Below are positions 60,312-64,000 of a stretch of 64,000 nt of DNA, piece after piece; the stretch's first letter is position 1, and the number at the start of each line of letters is the position of its first letter. The DNA is taken from assembly GCA_039621445.1 (NCBI GenBank), contig CP154954.1:30136395-30200394 (forward strand), written 5' to 3'. The stretch is from Euglena gracilis (lineage: Eukaryota). The notes beneath the pieces were generated by a model that had not been told where the DNA came from, did not search any database, and saw only the letters and a list, made by a program, of their open reading frames with translations. A program made the position numbers and the translations under genes.

Positions 60312-63300
60312 AGCAGGGCGGCGGCGGGACCAGACTTTAAAAAAAAAAAAAAAAAAAAAAAAACCAAAAAAAAAAAGCCCCCCTCGGCCGCCCGGGGTGG
60401 GGGCCCTGGGACGGCGCCCCAGGGGGCGGGTCGGGTGGAGGGGAGGGGCCAGGCATTGGCTGAAGGACCCCGGCCGGTCGACGGGCGGGAGACTGTCACA
60501 GACTGACCGACTGGGGAAAGCTCAGTAATGAGACCCCGCCCCCTCCCCCCCCGAGGAGGTCTGGGGGTCCTTGCCAGAAAAAAAAATGTATTTTCCATGG
60601 CGCTTTGCATTTGACCGGGTGTGTTCTGCTGATTTTGTCCCTAAAACGTCAAAATGAGGGTTTCCGGCACGTTTTGGGGATTTAAAAAACATCCGGCGCT
60701 TCGAAGCAGGTCACTGGAAAAAAATTCCCCCACCTGGAATAGTTTGCAACCCCCCCCCCCCAGGGGTGCTGCAAAATGGACTGGCCGACTTTGGACCAGC
60801 TGTCCCTCCCGGGGAGAGGGGGGTGACCACTGTGCAAATCCTTAAGCAAAGGTCTGGGAGGGACCAGAGAGAGACAACGTGAGAAGGAGACGGAAGGGAA
60901 GGGAACAGAATAGATGGGAAGGGGGATGGAAGCCCCGAAACTGGGCCGGGGTTTGGCGCTTGGGGGAGCGGGGTGCTTGCCCGCCCTTCTCCGCAGTTGC
61001 AGGCAAGACCTGGGGGCCAAGCACGCCCCGCCAAACCCCGCGCCGAGTCTCGGGGGGGCCCACAAGTCGGGATGGCCGCCGCTGAGCAGCCATTGAACCA
61101 GCGGAAGAGCAGTGCCGGGTCAGAAGGCGACCAGGGGGCCTCCAGCGCCAGGGGGTGCAGTGCCTCACGCCAGGCATGGGACCAGGGTTTGACATACCCC
61201 CCCCCCGGGAGATTGTCGCGCGACAATTTGGGCAGCACGGAGCGGGGTGACAAATTCCCAGGGTGACAATTTGGCCGGCACAGAGGGGGGTGACAATTGC
61301 CCCTTGAACCAAAAAAAAATACACGCCTGAGTGTTGGGCCCATGCTTGTGCTTACCAACCGGGGGGGAGGGGGTGGGTGGGTGCTATAGGGTGTCTGCCC
61401 CTTGCAGGCACACCCCCCCCCTGGGGGGATAGGGGTCCGGTGGGGGGGGGGGCAGAAAATTGTCATTGAAAATGGCTTTTTCCCTGCCCCGTGCGCCTTC
61501 GGTGCCGGGGTCGGAGGGGGGTGCCTGCTAGGGGCAGGCACCCCCCAAAACCCTACCCCCCCCGGGGGGGTCGGATCGGGTGCCATGGGGTGCCTGCCCT
61601 TAGCACCCCCCCCCCCCGCCCCGTGGGGTAGGCACCCGACTAAGCACAAGCCTGGTTGGGCCGCTGACCGTGATTTTCACCCGAAAAAATGTGGTTGAAA
61701 AACAGAATTAGGCAATAAATAACAAACAAAAATATATTGTGACCATCTGGCCTCCAAAAAGGACAATATTGTGAAAACTGCAAATTGCCCCCAAAAGGGT
61801 GGCTTTGGGTGCTATTTTGAGCCTTTATGAATCTTCGAAAAAATTCGAAAATTTGGAAAAAAATACCCCCAAATGGTACCCCCCCTCGGGCCGGGACTTC
61901 AGGCGAAAAATGATACCCCGGGGGTTGCCGGGGGTCTTATTATCTGATGGGGGTCTTATATCGAACCCTGCATGGGATGCGGGGGCGAGCGGTGGGCGGG
62001 GAGACGGAGGGGCGAGGACCCCTCCTCCGCCGGGGCCGGGGCAGCAGGAAACCCTGTGCCCGGCGTCGCGGCAGCCCCACCAGGCGCGGGGTGCCTCGGT
62101 GGGTGCCTGAAGGGGGAAGGGGCGGCCGGAGTGGGCGGCAGCAACCCCCTCCCAGCCACCCGCCCCCTCAAACCTCTGGAACGCGGACCCAAGTCCCCGC
62201 GGTGCACCCATGGCAAACCCCATACCCCCTGCCGGATCCAAATGCCTCTGGATGGGTTTCCAAACGTTGCGTGGACAAGACATTTCCGGCGGAGCTACGG
62301 TTATTGTTTTGGGTATCTGCATCAAGCTGTTTTCAAAACTTGGGACAGCACCCTTCTGGACAGATGAACCATCAGTTAACGTTTGTTCACAAACCCCAAT
62401 CGAGGTGTCAAATCATCTTCATCTTCCAGCTTCGGCATTGATTCATTCCGTAAGCCACAGTTGGGAGATGCTGAAAGCAAGCAGGATCCTGCGCCCGGGA
62501 CAGACTGTGTCGACTGTGAACATCGTGTGTGTGTGAGTTCGTGGTACCTTTTGTTGGTATCGTACAGCGCAGAAAGCAAATGCGCCTCGGCCGCTGGGCC
62601 TGCAATCGCAGAAAGGAGGCCAGGGTTTGGCACACCAGTCAAGGTCTGATGGGCCCTTCAGAAGACACAACGGCAAAATGCTCATCGGGTGCCGAATGCC
62701 AAGAACCAATGACGAAGTTGGGTACCCCCCTCCGGGCGCTTGGCCTGTCCATGATTGAAGGTAAGGCCAGGGGGCCAACCTTAGGGGGGCCAAGAGGGCA
62801 TGTAACGAGGAGGGGTCTACAAGCGTATAAGATTGCAGTTGCATTGTGTGTGCATATTTGTTTAATAGTTCGGCCCCTCAGGGATGCCAGTGAATCCAAA
62901 GAGCTGCCCAATGGGGATTATTTTCGAGGTTTTTAAAAATCTTTAAGAAAAACCTTTTGAACCTCCTCAAAAACCAAAAAAATTTGACAAAATGCCTTAT
63001 AATTTTTTTTAAAACCTTCAAAACCTTCAAAAAATCACTGGCAATTTTTTTCCCCAACAGCAAAATTGAAATTGCAAAACCTCGGTGAAAAAGGCCAACT
63101 CCAGGGGGAAACATGCTTTCGGCATCGCTGGAATGCTCTCGGCACCTCTCATGCCCCAAGGCAATGAACCTGAAATGGAATAACAATAAATGATCGTGTC
63201 CCACGACGGCGTGATACTTCACTTCAAACTGAAATGGTGCGCCTCATGATGATGTGCCTTGAAATGGAACAGGTCATTTAAACGGTTCGGGTCGCGATTC

Positions 63301-63745
63301 TCGGTGCTCAACGTCGCTGTGTTAGAACCCAAAGAGCTCCTCAACTTGGGTTGATGCATCGGCGGGACCCGTTTGTTCGGGTTCCCCCTGTGTATTAACA
63401 CTAGTTGGGCAGGATGGATTGTTCGTAAGCGGAAATTCTCAAGTTTTTTCTATTTTTGAGGGTTTTTTTTTGTTGCCTCTTCAGGTAATTTGATGTTTTT
63501 TTTAAAAAAAATAGGGCGGTCAAAGGATTGTCTGGGCATCACCGTTCAAAATCAAATAAAAGTTTGAATTTTGTTGAGTTGGTTGGATAGGGACCACTTT
63601 CCATGATTCCACCCCCCACGGCCACCTGGCCGCACTGTGCAGGGCCCCATCAGTTCCGAGCCCGCACAAGGGACAGAACCAGGCCAGCACAAGAGGACAG
63701 AAAGAGGTGAGAAGGGCACTTCCAGTCGCCTGAGGCCCTGCAACA
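58800..63745 (-). CDS. Possible exons of a fifth, unidentified minus-strand gene
   Basis: GC-rich, protein-like open segments between repeats (e.g. DRIFLATPFTEDRISGHTYGFLTP ~58860-58935; LEAPWSPSDPALLFRWFNGCS ~61085-61150; MDRPSARRGVPNFVIGSWHSAPDEHFAVVSSEG ~62655-62750). Some are preceded by YAG. I could not assemble them into one frame. Confidence 0.3.
59010..59107. mobile_element. 98-bp minimal hAT-like MITE, perfect 16-bp TIR, 8-bp TSD GTATGTAC
   Basis: gtatgtac|caggcttctttttaag ... cttaaaaagaagcctg|gtatgtac. Confidence 0.9.
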
Positions 63746-64000
63746 CATCGGACAACGTGGCGGCAGCGGCAGAGGGACAAAGCGACACAAGCAAAACGGG
63801 CAGAGGGCCATCTCGTCAACGCTGCAGGGATTCCTTCATTTCGAATATGCATGCGGACCTGCGTTCCATGTGTCCCGTCTTCGTGTCATCTTTGTGGCCA
63901 TCTGCCCGAATATTCCAGCAATGCAATTGTTCTGGCACACAATTGTACTTCACGAGTTTCACTGCTCGCAGCACATACCATGCACTCGCTGTTTCGGATT

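Overview
Eukaryotic, intron-rich nuclear DNA that looks euglenid (Euglena-like). The evidence is GTGTG-type spliceosomal donors plus six nonconventional, non-GT-AG introns with base-paired ends. Four protein genes can be reconstructed by hand, all on the minus strand: the 5' part of a phosphonopyruvate decarboxylase (runs off the left edge), a 194-aa Fyv7/TAP26-like rRNA-processing protein, an SNM1/PSO2-family beta-CASP nuclease with a probable long low-complexity C-tail, and a PIG3-type NADPH:quinone oxidoreductase with an N-terminal presequence. A fifth gene may lie at the right edge. Introns and spacers are packed with microsatellites and non-autonomous DNA transposons. Many of these have CAG...CTG terminal inverted repeats and exact 8-bp target-site duplications (hAT-like). 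The most interesting observation is that nonconventional intron geometry (3 nt, paired stem, 5 nt) equals a CAG...CTG MITE plus exactly one 8-bp TSD, and the intron junctions retain degenerate 8-bp direct repeats. This suggests hAT MITEs act as intron generators (introners). All exon and junction calls are manual, without transcript data. Most ORF-track entries are spurious.
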